Below, piece after piece: positions 39,093 to 54,100 of a DNA stretch of 64,000 bases. The notes beneath the pieces were generated by a model that searched no databases, was not told the origin of the DNA, and saw nothing but the letters and a program-made list of their open reading frames with translations. Within the stretch, counting starts at the first letter, position 1; each line of letters starts with the position of its first letter. Source of the DNA: Paraspadella gotoi (lineage: Eukaryota; Animalia; Chaetognatha); NCBI GenBank assembly GCA_051294375.1, contig CM119264.1, forward strand, positions 19,971,590 through 20,035,589, in the 5' to 3' direction. The translations under genes were made by a program, and so were the position numbers.

Positions 39093-40130
39093 CCAAATTA
39101 TGCAAATTGACCAAATTATGCAGTTGACAAAATTCTGCAAGTTGATCAAGTTCAGCAAGTTGACCAAATTATGCCTGTTGACCAAATTATGCCAGTTGAC
39201 CAAATTAGGCCAGTTGATAAAATTATGCCGGTTGACCAAATTATCTTAATTGATCAAATTATCTTAATTGATCAAATTACGTCAGTTGACCAAATTATGT
39301 CAGTTGACCAAATTATGTCAGTAGACCAAATTTGTCAGTAGACCAAATTATGTCAGTTAATCAAATTATGTCAGTTGACAAAATTATGCGAGTTGATTAA
39401 ATTATGCAAATTGACCAAGTTAGCTTATTACCACTTAATTATCGATTGACCTGGAATTTTGTATGTGAGTAGAAAAGTGTGTGATTGAACAGGAAACCAA
39501 GTTTCGATGGAATCTTTTGAGTGGAAATGAGTTTAAATGGAAAAAAACAAAAAACCTGTTTCACTAATTAATTATGTTTTTTTTATTTTCATATTAAATG
39601 TAAATGCAGGATGTATTAATAATCAAATAATTAATCAGTTAATTAATCAATTAGTCAATTAATTAATCAATAATTCATTAATCAGCTCCAATAACTCGTG
39701 ATTGGCTGGTTGGATTGGAATGAAATTTTGTGTGTGGGTAGGAAAGTTGTGATAAAGCTGGATATAAAGTTTCGACGAAATCGTGTGAGTGGAAATGACT
39801 AAGTGGAAAAAACATAAGTTGCATTTACTAAAATATTTTTACTTATTTTAACCAATAAGTACTTTAATTAATCATAATTGGATGGATAGAATGAGTTCAA
39901 ATTTTTTGTGTGGTAGAAAAATGTGTAACGATGCTTGATATAAAGTTTCGGTGGAAACGTACGAGTAGAAATGAGTTTAAATTAAAAAAATATGAGTCAC
40001 ATTTACTTGAGTCTTTTTACTTATTTTAACCCATAATAGATTGAGATGAAATTTTGTGAGCGGGTAGAGAAGAGAGAGAGAGAGTAGAGAGAGAGAGCAG
40101 AAAAATGAGCATAAGGCTCGTCGCAATTGC

Positions 40131-40174
<44 letters not shown>

Positions 40175-43100
40175 GAGAAAGAGCAGAAAAATGAGCATAA
40201 GGATCGTTGCAATTGCAAAGAGAGAGAGAGAGAGTGAGAGAGCAGAAAAATGAGCATAAGGATCGTTGCAATTGCAAAGAGAGAGAAAGAGAGAGAGAGT
40301 CCGAGATTAAAATTAGCAAATAAAAAAGTTGTTATTTTACTCACTGAATAAAAATACTTAAAATACTTACAAAATACATAAAATTGATAAAATTATTTTT
40401 CCGATAACATTGTTTAAATCACATGCAATATATCTAGTAAGGCGGGCCAATATTGAACATTTTTTATAACTTCTAGTTCTCTTTAAAAATTTTTTTTCCT
40501 TTTACTACTAAATCGATTTTCAATGTAACTTTTTGAATTAGTTCATTGGGTTGTTGCACTGAAGCTTTTAAATATTTATTAATTATATAATAATTATATA
40601 AAGTTTTGACGGAATTGTGCCAGTGGAAATGAGTTTAGATGAAAAAAACATAAGTCACATTTACTTGAATCTTTAATATTAATGATTACTAGTAAATGTT
40701 TTAATTAATTAATTAATTAATTTTAAAACATTTATTAGTAATCATTAATATTAAAGATTACTAATAAATGTTTATTAATTAATTAATTAATTAATGTGAA
40801 AAAATGATGCAAGGTAAAAGAATCTTAAAAGCATAAAGATCGTCGCAATTGCATAAAAAGAGAAAGAGAGAGAGAGAGAGTGAAAGAGTGAGAGAGAGAG
40901 AGAAGGAGACATAAAATAAAATAGAGGATATTGTTTGTTTTGATAAAATGTAAACAAAACATATTTAATAACTGTCCGAACCCAATTTTAAGGACATCGA
41001 TGATGATAGGTTGAATATAAATTAAAATTTAATTATTACATATTAAAATTAATTAATTAATTAATCGATTAATTAATTAATAATTATCGTAGGCAGATCC
41101 GACATTGTTTGCTCAAACTTGTTCTATATAGTTTCTATTTAGGTTGAAAATGGTTGACACCTATCCCTAAAGATATTTGTCGCTGAATTTGTTCTGCTAA
41201 TTTCATATTAGAAATATATTATAATAAAGAAAATTCAGAAACTCTTTTTGATTTACTTATTCTTGTCAGATGTTTTGTACCAATCGACTTTGACGTCCTA
41301 TAACTTTCTGACACTTTGATCAATTTTAATGGGACCTAGACCAATCACTTTAGCTTTTAATAAGCTTTGTTTTATGTTTCTATATCTCAGTAAAATTCAT
41401 CCCTCCAATATAGATTTTTCGGTGTGAAAGAAGTGTCTTTTTTTTTTTTGCGCCGCATATTCAATTTTTCATCAATTCGTTTTCATTTTGAATTTCAGTT
41501 TTTTAGCTACTTTAGTTATTTAAAAATTGCCTATTCTTCCTGCCTATGCTAACTACTAAGTAAACGTAAAAATTATCTATTAATTACCTACTTAAATTTA
41601 AAAAATAATCTTTGCTTTCTTATTTGTTTATCGAACGATATAAAAATATACTGTTTTAATGGGAAAATCAAAAAATAATAAGCTAGGATTTCACTGAAAT
41701 CAAATTTATTCTTTCAGAACTGCCTCTCGGATTCGACAAAGGACTGACAGATATAGAAAAAATTGAAGGTGAAGACGCAACCCTAGAAGCTACAATTAAT
41801 CGGCCAGGACAAGATGTTACATGGTTCAAGGTAAATTACACAATGCCTAGTAGAGTGGAGCACTCAATAACAAAAAAATTATTTGAATGATCGAACAAAG
41901 ATATTTAGATGTGAGACAGTATGATTAATAGGGCGTTTAAAAATAACAAAATATAACAAATTGAATAAGGTACATAGTTATTTTAGTGTATTATTTTATT
42001 ATTTTAGTCTGTAGAATTTGATGGTGATGACCATTTTTTGTATTATTTTATCTTTCTTGTCCCGAACATAACGATTTTCAATGTATATAAAATTGTCATG
42101 AAAAAGAAAAACAATTATAAGCTATGATCAATCTAATTATAATTATAAAATTTATATGAGCTTTTGAAAATATAAAAATAAAGACTTATAAAATATTATG
42201 GCTATGTTTATTTCTAAATTTTATATTTTGTAAAAAGTAAGTGAATTTATTTTTTAATAATTATGAGTAAAAATTAGGTTAAAGTTAAAAAAAAATTATT
42301 TTAAAATTTTATTCATGGATTTGATATAAGAAAATATAATTTTTATTCTAAAATTATGTCATTAAGTTGGTAAAAATTTTGAAAAACTATAATTTTAAGC
42401 CAAAAATTAAAGAATTATATAAAAAAATATTTTTTAATATTTTTAACCAATTTAATAAAAGAATTTGTTATAATGGATTATTTTTTCTTATATCAACTTT
42501 TTGTAAAGGAATTCAAATCCGGTTTTAAAATTTTAAAGTTTTAATTTTTTTCTTTTTAACTTATTTTTTTACTATTTATGATTAAATATAGCTAACAAAC
42601 ATAAAATATTACACAAAATATAAAATTTGTAAATAAACTTACTGAAATATTGGCACTTTTTTACATCGTTGCCCCCTTGCTGCGGCTCCTGATGAAGCAG
42701 ACTAAAACACAGGCACAAAACTTATCTCTTTTGCTGCTTCCATTGTTGCTTTATGCATCACTCCTTTCCTCGTTGCTCTCACCATCACAACTGCTTCCTC
42801 CATCGTTCAAATTATCGTTGTTATTTTTGTCGATCTCGATCCTGACCTATGAGTCACCCAGCAAGCCAGAATTTTTTTGTTGTAAAAGTAGCGTAGGGAA
42901 AGACAAACCTAGTCCCTAACCTTAATCCCTAACCCTAATCCCTAACCCTAATATCTATCCCCTAAACTAACCTTATCCCTAACCAAAACCCTAAACAATT
43001 AATCCATCTTTCGAATTATCATCGTTTTTGATCCTGACATCCTGTCATCCACCCAGAGAGAGCGAGAGAGATTCGCTGCTCCGTCAGACGGCAAGGGGGC

Positions 43101-44278
43101 AAATAAGAGCATTTTGCCGAAATATTTATGTGGGTCTTTATTTTCATATTATGTAAGCTAAATATATCTTTATAAAATTTTAATAATTTGAGTTTCTTAT
43201 ACTCTACAACATTTGTTGCATTTTAATAATACCTTATGTGCTGCAAAAATCGCCATTTTCGACAAAGAAGATGAAACTATACAAAAAATGACTTGATTAC
43301 ACTAAAATAGCTATGTACCTTATTCGATTTGTAATATTTTGTTATTTTTAATGCCCTAATCATTAACTAGTACAAAAAATATTTTGTTCATATTGTCTCG
43401 GAAACAGAATAGTAAAATATAATATATTTGTAGTAATATCCTTATAAAATAGTAAATTTTAAAAATAATTTTTGTAAAACTTTTAATAAAGATTCAGATT
43501 CTTTATAAAAAGTTAAATCAAAGATATAAAACATTTAACGATTTTATAAGGATATTACTGCATAAATAATTGAATTTACTGTACTGTTCTGCTCAAAATT
43601 TTTTTAAAAAGATTTAAAATTCATTAATTACATGTCCATAAGCAACAAAAAAATAATGTTCAATCACTCAATCTTTTCATCACTCCACCCTAATGCCTAG
43701 TTTTAGGGTAGAGACCGGAAGTGTGTGTCAAAATTTTTATTTCTCAACTGGGGTGAGAACATATATCTGGAAAAAAATTAACGTCCTGCCCTGTTTGAAC
43801 AATTTTCCAAGTTTTTTCTGGCTTTTTACTTTCATATACAATGAAATAAAATAATTTTTTAAGAAACTACAAAACACACCTTAGAACATTTAGTCGTTTT
43901 TATGTGCGCGCATTGTATTGCATACAATGAAAGCCATACTTGTTAATATTTTTATCGAGCCAGGACCGGCTTCGCCGGGTCCTGACTCTATAACCATTTA
44001 GGATTCCTTCTTTGTGACGTAGTCGTCGTCGTCGGCGTCACGCTTTTTTGCAATCATGGCTTCTGAAGTGTGATATCATTGGGAGTTGAAATTTATACTT
44101 ATGGCTTTCTCATCATCAAGACTCTTTAAAATGTCATGCTTTCATTATTCAATATTTGTATTTGTTTAGTTTTTTTTAAACCATAAAAACTCTTATATAT
44201 GTCGCTTTCTCTCTCTCTCTCTTTTTTCTCATCACTGCTTCTTCTGATTTGTCTAAAAAACGTCTGTCCTGCTCTTTT

Positions 44279-44324
<46 letters not shown>

Positions 44325-45091
44325 TTTTTTTTTTTCAAAAAAAATTTTTAAACTATATATGTGGGCTCACCAATATAAAAGACGATGTTCTCCTTTTTTT
44401 TTAATTTTTATTTTCGCTTTTCTTTGTATGAATCTTCAGATTTTTATTTTCGCTTTCTTGTATGAATCTTCAGGGGATGAACCCGAATCCTTTGAGTTGG
44501 AGCGTACTTTGACTTGGTAATTTGGACGAGTTAAAGGCGGCTGTTGAGCTTCTCTCTCTCTCTGGCAGCGGCTTTCCAGCGGCTGTCAGCGGCTGTCAGG
44601 TTTCTCTCTCTCTCTCTCTTTTCTTTCTTCTGTATAGGCCCTATAATTATTCGTTTGAGCATGTTCCCATACTAAATTTTTGACTCACCCCTTTAATGAG
44701 GGCTACCCTATAGTAAAATATAAAAAAAAATAAAAAATCTAAAAAATTTATGCATTTTTAAGTAACTTTTTAATGTACAAAAAAATTTTTATATGGCTCT
44801 ATATCAAATATTTATTTTTTAATATTTTTATAGAAAGGAAAAGAGTTTGGCCCTACTCAGATTCTCGAAAAACGAGTTCATGCTCTGCGACCTCCAGCGG
44901 CTGTCCAGCTTCTCTCTATCTTTCTCTCTTTTTTTCTCTCTCTCTTTCTTTTTTTTTCCTTCTAAAAACTTTTATTTTCACCATTTTTTCTCAATACAAA
45001 ATCCCAAATTTACATCCAAGATTTCTGATCATTCTTTATATAAGCGAGAGTGACCTAATAATGCGTCTCGTTGGCGGGAAAACTGTCCACC

Positions 45092-45123
<32 letters not shown>

Positions 45124-48100
45124 TTTACTCATACACGCATTTGTTTGTTTTATTTACGATGAATGATTCATTGCGTCAATGAATTACTATCATCGCATCA
45201 ATGAATGACTATCATCGTATCAATGAATGATTATCATAACATGAATGAATGACTATCATAGCATCAATCATTTGATTATCATCACATCAGTCATTTCGTT
45301 ATCATCTCATCAATTTTTGGTTATCATCGCATCAATATTTGGTTATCATCGCATCAATATTTGGTTACCATCGAAAGCTGGCTCGATTTTTATGCTTAAA
45401 GATTTTTAGTGGTCGTTTCAGAACATGACAGTGTTATGTCTAATCTTTAATTTATCTGATTTTAATATTTTATAACTATTCATATTAAACCTAATTATTT
45501 TTTTTTAGGTAAGTTAAAAAAAAATGTTCGGAAGATTTTAACGAATAAGTTTAAATCATCAAATACTTAATGTATTTGTATTCGGCTTCCGTGGCCCTAA
45601 CCATTAACCTATTCCATTCCCTCGGCTCGCGACATCGCCAGCATGCCTCCAACTCTAACCCTAAACCGGGCCCTGATCCAATCCTTGACTCTAACCTGAT
45701 CCGGCTCGTGACATCATCCTCGCCCTAAACCTATCCCAGCAGATTCCGGCTCTAAAATTCACCTTGTCGGTTCGTCGGTCCTACCCCCTAATCTTGTCGG
45801 TAAGTCACTTAGATCATGTCAGAACATCTAATTATTATTATTTATAAATGATGCTAAAAAATTTATGTCCCTCTGTCCGTCCATTCGTCCCCTTTGAACG
45901 CCAATTACTCTTTAGTGGATGGCCCGATTTACTTGAAATTTTGTGTGATCCAGCAGGAAATCAAGTTTTGATGGAATTCTCCGAGTGGAAATGAGTTTCA
46001 ATGAAAAAAATATAAACTGTTTAACTATTTTTTTTTCTTTTTATATAAAATGTAAATCAATCAATTATTTTATATGAAAATAAAAAATAGTATTCAAGTA
46101 GTGAAACGGATTTGTTGTTTTTTTCATTTAAACTCTTTTCCCCGCGGACGTTTAATTAATTAATTAAATAATCTTCAATTATTAAAAAGAAAAAAGTATA
46201 ATCAAATATTCATTTCAACCATAAACATTACAATATGCTTGAAAATCTTTTCATGTTTTATTTGATTATAATACCGTTATTAAAANNNNNNNNNNNNNNN
46301 NNNNNNNNNNAAAGAGAGAAGATGCATTTGTAAATAACCATAGTAATAACAAAAAAATAAAATAAAATGAGTTGAGAGGTGGGTGCATCAGTTTGGTTTT
46401 TTTAAATAAGATAAGATAATGTTGCTCAGCTAATTATGGCGGCTCAAAAGCTATGCTTGGCAATTCCTTTCATACTTATCCCTAGATATTTTAATCAGTT
46501 CTGAACATCAAGATCTCCAAAATCAATTAATCGGGTGGAATTGCTTTAAGGAAAAGGAGAGTAGGGTTTGAAATGTGGTTTATGATTTCTAGTTTAAGTT
46601 TAGAGGGGGTGGTATAATTTTATCAAGGTATATGAACCCGGGAATTCATCAATTTTATTTACTTCACAATGTGAATATTAATAATAAGAATGAAGACATA
46701 TAGTATCGGTAATAGCTAGTAATTTTAATTTTACACTAATTTTACGTTAGATTTTTAAAAACTATGTTAAATAGCTGAGGACATACGATGTATGAAAACC
46801 AAAACATGTTATTCAATTCAGCACAATTATTAGTAATAAGCTTTGCACTACAGGGTAACTTAAAATTACAAATAGGCAGATTATGTTATGGCAATTTGAT
46901 CTATTGACTTACGAAATAAAATTACGCAACTTTCCGTATCTTTAAGCAAAAGTTAAGGCCATAGAATAAATAAACTTCGCTTACTGTTAATTTTCTATGA
47001 AGTACAAAAGGTTCTTCTGCAACTTGAAGAGATGCGGTAGTTCGTGGAGTTATCGGCAGTAACAGAGTAGATAGCGCCATTTTCATCAAGAGTTATTTTT
47101 TTGATTGTGGCATATAATTGACAGTCATCTTGCTTAACTTCAACTCTGTCATCAAATCTTGAAATCGGTATATTGTTTCTGTACCATAAAAAAAAAAAAC
47201 ATAACAGCCATGTTCAACAATAACAAGTTTGAGCAAACAATGTCGGATCTTCCCACGATCAATCATCGATAATTAATTAATTAATAATTAAATAATTAAT
47301 TTGATCCCAAATGTTTGTTTTTAGGAGCTTTTTGTTACTAACTACGACAAAAGCAATGACGACGATGAGAATAATGCGATAATGATTGACTTGATTGATT
47401 GACTGATTAATTAATTATTGATTATTAATACATAATGCATTTACATTTAATATAAAAGGAAAAAAAGAAGCATAATCAATTAGTGAAACAGACTTTCTTG
47501 TTTTTTCCATTTAAACTCATTTCCACTCAAACCATTCCATCGAAACTTAATTTCCAGCTTAACACACACTTTCCTTACCACATACAAAATCCAGGTCAAT
47601 CGCCCCTTCCACTCATGATCAATTGGTCTTCAGATTGTAAAATATATTTTTTTTGTTTTGTCCATTAAACTCATTTCCACTCGAACGATTCCATCGAAAC
47701 TTCATATCCAGCTCAATCACACACTTCCCTACCCCACACACAAAATTTCAAAATCGCAATCCATCCATCCAATCACGAAGTAATTGGTGTTTCTTTGCTA
47801 AGGTGGGACGGGACGGACATCATTTTTTTTTGCATAATTTATTTTCAATTTTACTTATCTATCCTTAGCTAATTACTTATTTATTCACTAGTTAATGTTA
47901 AATTTCACAAATTGTTAGTTTTTCAAAACTTCTTTATCTTTTGTTGTACATTGCAAAAATGCAATCTTTATTATTTATTTATCCCTGTTGTTTTGTTTCT
48001 CTCTCTCTTCTCTCTCACTCTCTCTCTAACTCTCTCTCTTTAACAAGTTCACTTCATTTTACAACTACACTCAATCTGCCCTCACCTTCAACCTGTCCTC

Positions 48101-51100
48101 ACATCTGACCACTATTCTGTCTCACCACTTTGTTGGAAAACTTTTACCCTCTCTCTCTCTTTCTCCTCACACTCTTCTTTTTAAACAAAATTTATTATTG
48201 AATGTCATATGCTGAAAGAAGGCTTGAAGTAAACAAGCCGAATACATGTCGCAACTATTTAATTAAAAATCGTTATTAAAAAATTAAAAATTCTTTGCTT
48301 TCTGCTAAGCATAATTTATCATCAGTTTGAATGTTCTGACATGAAATATATAGTGAAGGGCCCGACAATATTGATGAGGTGGACCGACGGACCGACAAAG
48401 TGAATCATAGAGACGAGATCTGCTGATAAGCAGATCCGACTAAAAATTTAATAATAAGGATAACAATTATATAAAAAAATCATATAAAAAATTTGAGAAT
48501 AGCTTCATTTTTAATTGGATCGGCTTATAAGCAGATCCTGACTCTATAATTCACTTTGTCGTCCGTCGGTCCACCCCCTCAATCTTGTCGGGCATTCACT
48601 TATATCATGTCAGAACATCGGATTATGATAAATTTTGCAAAAAAAAACGATGTCCGTCAATCCATCCATCCGTCTGTCCCACCTTAGCAAAACTCTAATT
48701 GCTTGTGTGTGAGTAAGAAGTGTGTGATTTAGCTGGATATGAAGTTTTGATGGAATCGTGCAGTGGAAATGAGTTTATAATGGAAAAAACAAAAAATATA
48801 TTTCACTATTTGATCGGCATTATTCATGAGTGGACGGGATGATTGACTTAAAATTTTGTATGTGGGTAGGAAAATGTGTGATTAAGTTGAAATCAAGTTT
48901 CGATGGAATCGTCTTAATGGAAATATAATGGAAAAACAAAAAACTTATTTCACTAATTGATTATGCTTCTTTTTCTTTTATATAAAATGTAAATGCAAGA
49001 TGTATGATTAAATAAACATTAATCAGTTAATTAATCATTAGTCAATTAATAAATAAATATTTAATTAATCAATCAATCAATTTATTTAATATATCTATTA
49101 ATTAAATATTCAATATTCAATTTATTTATAATAATTAATTATCTATCAATCAATCAATTAATTTATTAATAAATTATTATTTTAGTTTATATAGTTTGTA
49201 TTAATTAATTAATTATTCGGCCAATGATCGTGGCAGATCCGACATTTTTGCTCAACTTGTTAAAAGAAAACACTCGATTTTGGATACAGTGCTATTTTTA
49301 GTGGATCTGCTTTCACTTTGTCGGTCCGTCTGTCCGCCCCCTCAAATTGTCGGGCAATCACTTACATCATGTCAGAACATCGAATTATGATAAATATGCA
49401 AAAAAATTATGTCCGTCCGTCTGTCCCATCTTAGCAAAAAGCTCAATAACTGTTATTGGGTAGTTGGATTGTAATGAAATTTTATGTGTCGGTAGGAAAG
49501 TGTGTGATGAAGCTGGATATAAAGTTTTGGTGGAAAAAACATAAGTCGCATTTACTAAAATCTTTTTACTTATTTTAACCACCCTAATAATTGGATGGAA
49601 TAGATTGAGTTTGAAATGTTGTGTGTGGGTAGGAAAGTGTGTGACGAAGCTTGATAATAAATTTTCGGTGGAAACGTGCAGTGGAAATGAGTTTAAATGA
49701 AAAAATATGAGTCACATTTACTTGAATTCTTTTTACTTATTTAACCATAAATATATTCATAATTGAATGAATAGATAGAGATGAAATTTGTGTGCGGGTA
49801 GGAAAGTGTGGAAGAAGCTAGATATAAAGTTTTGACGGAATCGTGCCTGTGGAAATGAGTTTAAATGGAAAAAACATAAGTCACATTTACTTAAATCTTT
49901 ATTATTTATGATTACTAATAAATGTTTTAATTAATTAATTAATGTGAAAAAATGATGCAATTAATAAAAAAAATATTCAAGTTAAAAAAATTATGCAAGT
50001 TGAAAAAAATGATGCAAAGTTAAAAAAATGATGCAAGTTAAAAAAAAGATGCAAGTTAAAAAAATGACACAAGTTGAAAAAATGATGCGAATGTAAAAAT
50101 GATGCAAATTGAAAAAAATGATGTGAGTTTAAAAAAATGATGTGAGTGGAAAAAATGATGGGAGTTAAAGTCATAATAGGCTGAACTGGCCATTTAATTG
50201 CATTTTCTATCTGGCATATTCAAGTGATCACGCGACTACCAACTATGTAATGCATGCATATGATAAGATATATTAAATATTTCCAAGACATATAACATTT
50301 AAACTATAAGAACAGACGAGACTGACAGATCGACCAAAACGAATGAAAAATGATTTATAAAGTTGCTCGCTAAGCCCTGGCGGTGTGGAGACGACGGTTT
50401 CGCCACTGGGGCACAATAACATCGCAGGAGTATCAGTCTCAAATTTACCAATAATTAAGTAAAGCTATTTTTAACAATGTGAAATATCGAATGAATCAAT
50501 AAAAGTTGTTTAGAATAAAACTTACCATGTAATATTCACAGATGTTCCAGATTGAATGTATCTTATTTTATTGACAGCGGCATGAAGAATTGCGGCGGCT
50601 CCTTCTTTTACAGACATATTATTTAACTCGCGAGAGAAGACAACTGGCCCTTCTGGAAAATTTACAATAAATATAATATTTAAAATAAACTGAACAGTTG
50701 TAATCGGCAGTTTGAAATCACTAACCATAGAACCACATTTACATCCTAAAATCCATCTTTATTATGGATCATAATTTTTTCACGTGAATTAGACTAGCAA
50801 GAAAATACAAATGATTATTCAGCAGAATACAGCAGTTAAAAACCGCATAAATATTTAAGCTAACTTTTTTTTTTAATTTACAATTTTACAATTTACTTGT
50901 GGCATTGCTATCATTGAAAAATAGTAAATTCCCCATTTTTTTTTTAAATTTTAAAAGATTTAGATTCCTCATTAAAATAGAATAGAATATGTTACAACAA
51001 ATTCTGATATCTTCAGCATCAAAAATGGAAAAAGGTTTAATTTACAAGGTATTGACGGGCATATTTTTCAGAACGGCCATTTAGCTTAAATCGGTATTAA

Positions 51101-54100
51101 ATTAGTTTTTAGTTTAAAGATTAGTTAAAGGTTAGGTTAGGGATGAGTTTTGGGATTAGGTTTAGGATTAGGGTTAGGTACTAAAGTTTAAAGTTAAGGG
51201 TTGTGGTTAAAGATTGGGGATTGGGGTTTAGTTTAGGGTAAAGATTAGGTTGGGATTAAAGGTTGGGAATTAGGGTTAGGGATTTGGTTATTAACAGATT
51301 AAGGTAAATATTAAGATTTAATTAATTTAGGTTCATGAATTAAATAATATAAATGGGGCGCTATTGAAGAGTTCCTACTACTCTACTGGGGAGTAAAAAT
51401 GCCAAATAAGATATTTAATATTTTACAAAAGGTTTTATAATTTTTCGTACTTAATCTGAAACTGTAGTTAAAATTTAAAAAAAAAATCTTAAAGTATAGT
51501 GATATCGCCGACGTTACTATCAAAGAAAATTAAAGAAAAAAACAAACATAATGATTGATGCAAAATGAATTATTGATGTAATAATAATTTATTGATTGAT
51601 ATAATAATAATTCATTGATTGATTAATAGTAATTGATTTATTGATATAATAGTAATTGATTGATTGATGTAATAGTAATTTATTGATTGATGTATTAGTT
51701 ATTAATTATTAAGGTATGATAATCAATTATTGATGCGATGATAACCAAATATTGATGTAATGATAACCAAATGATGGATGCGATCATAATCATTCATTGA
51801 AGCGGTGATAGATTTCTTTGATAGGCGATGATAATCATTCATTGATACAATAAGAGACAAAGAGAGAAAGAGAGGGAGAGAGAGAAAGATGAAAAAAGAT
51901 AGAGGGAAGAAGCTAGACAGCTGCTTCAGAGCTTAATAGAAGAGGCAGCGATGGAAAAAAGAGAGAGAGAGAAACATATATGAGAGAGAGAGAAAAAGAG
52001 AGAAAAATAAAAGAGAAACTGGACAGTCGTTGGACCGCCACTGGCAGACAAGCTGCAGAAGCTGAACTTGTCTATATATATAAAAATTGTATGTAAATAA
52101 ATATAAATACAATTGCGTATAGCAATATGAAACATAACAATTTAAAAGACCTTAATGATAAGCCATATGTAAATTTTTAGCTTCCTATAGTTACACACTT
52201 GAGCTATTTCCAATGGTAAAACAACATGATAACGATGACGACAACAACAATGACTACGATCAAAGAAGTAGGAAAGAATTAAAATCTCGCCCAAGTAGGG
52301 CTATCGCCCGTCTGGCGAGATAAAAAAACTATCTTAAATTTCATTAATTTAGGTTTTATTTAAAAGAATAAGAGCCTATCAAGTTATTATGTTTATTATT
52401 TATTTAACTTCTATGACGCATCCAAAATTTTTAATACACTCCTCTCAAATAAAATGTATTACCTTTTACATGAAATCGACATGAAGATTTTTTAGAGCCA
52501 CTTTAACTTCATATGTACCATCATCGTCCATTACGCAAAATTTATCACAAGTTGAATCACGCCATCCAAGTTTTGTATTTGCTTGATTCTTCGATTAGAA
52601 GATTCTATTTTTTGACCTTCCTGCAAAAGAATAAATACTGCAGTAAAAAATATTAAAAATAGCGGAATGAACAGTAAAAGTTTTTTCACTCTTTCACCAT
52701 CAAGAAAATGCAAAACAATTTGAAAAAGTTACCACTTATTAGTTAAAATAATCATGTATGTACATGAATAAATAAATTATAAAGTCTAAATCTTCGAGTA
52801 TATGATCGGATACTATACAGGTATGGAACGTTGTTATCAGCTAAGCAATGATCAAAATGATTCAGTATTGCTGGAGTTATGTGTACTTAAACAACTTAAA
52901 TGGGAAGACGGACCAACCGACTGACCAAAAAGTTTCTTTGTGAGTACTCGCGGAGCAACTACAAATTTTGAACAAACAATGCCGGATCTCATCACGACAA
53001 TTTAGCGGTAATTAATCATGTGCCTGATTAACGGTTTGATAGAATATTTGATCGAATAATAGATTTTGTAATTAATAAACCTAGATAAATTAATAAACCT
53101 GATAAATAATTTTTTAATGCTGTTCAGTGCTGTTTTTTTTTTGTTCTTAGGTGGTCAAATGTTAATCGGAATGTATGGGTGGAGCTAAATCCAGCCAACC
53201 GTTAACCCGCGTGGTGTAACAGACTGTCGAGGGACTGCTCTATATTGAAGCTGGTTCTGTCACTAACATATATCAATAATTACTGTCTCTTCATTGGTGA
53301 GCCGACTTCCAAACACAAACAGCAACAACAACACTTTCAGGCGACATGCTCAACCTGGCAATGCACTTTCGGCCAACACATCAGGCGACATGCCTCAACT
53401 GTGGTGATGAACTTTCCCAAAACAACAACAATTCACTGAAGAGACACAACAGACTTCTCCCTATGGGAGGAGGGGATGTATTGTGGACTAAAATCCACCA
53501 ACCATTCATCAGCGGCCATTGGTGCTGGAGGCAAGTCATTTCCTCCCAACCCAAAGGTCCGGGTTCTAGCCGGTGGTTGCCTAGCAGTTAAGAGGACGGG
53601 GCGCTTAACCCGCCTGTAACACGGTGTTACAGCTTGATCCAAAGTTCAGGGACTGCTTATATTGAATGGTTCTGTCACCAACACATAACAATACTTACTA
53701 TCTCTTTAATTGTTTCATTTATCTTCGAGCTGCTACATTTTATGTTTTTTCTTTTATTTTTATATGTGTTAATTTTTTCCTGTTATTCTTTTATTTTCTT
53801 ATATTCGTTCCTGTTTTATGTTTTTTTTTTTTTTTATTTTCTTCTTTATTATATATTATTTGTTACTTGCATCTTCAGTGATAGTGCTCGCGCTGCCTTT
53901 CTAATAATAATACCACTAATTTTTTGTATTCCTTTTTTTTTAAATTCGTTCATTTTTCATTTCATTTTATATTTTTTTTTTTTTTTTTCCTATTTTTTAA
54001 TTTTTTCTTTATTCTTTTTCTATTCTTTTTTCATTTCTTTACTTTTTCTATTTTTTAATCAATATTTGTTCATTATGTTATTTTCATTCATTTATTGATT

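Larger units (their letters stand above)
38266..41123 (+). mobile_element. Helentron/DINE-1-like element, family A, expanded
   Basis: Same termini as 31484-32741; long (GTCY)n at 38410-38522; internal minisatellites. Confidence 0.85.
35713..41457. mobile_element. Tc1/mariner-like TIR element hosting a DINE-like insertion
   Basis: ta|cactgcggcgcaaaaaaaagaagacact and agtgtcttttt...ttgcgccgca; right tip degenerate; no transposase ORF recognised. Confidence 0.65.
41851..43692. mobile_element. hAT-type MITE (TAGAGTGGAG family), outer element of a triple nest
   Basis: TIR tagagtggag / ctccacccta; perfect 8-bp TSD atgcctag; 20 nt from the exon 21 donor. Confidence 0.85.

Noticed and set aside
39090-39420. 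CRISPR-like array
   Set aside because: Head-to-tail 18-bp units with no unique spacers, eukaryotic context, no cas genes.
38314-40344. ORF-track proteins rich in SVRP, LSLS, NLVN repeats (also 44126, 44773, 53634, 55966)
   Set aside because: Translations of microsatellites, minisatellites and T-rich tracts.
46985-52620. Antisense paralogous Ig gene
   Set aside because: Exons are near-identical reverse copies with frameshifts and a damaged acceptor, inside a duplicated block that includes introns and abuts an N gap.
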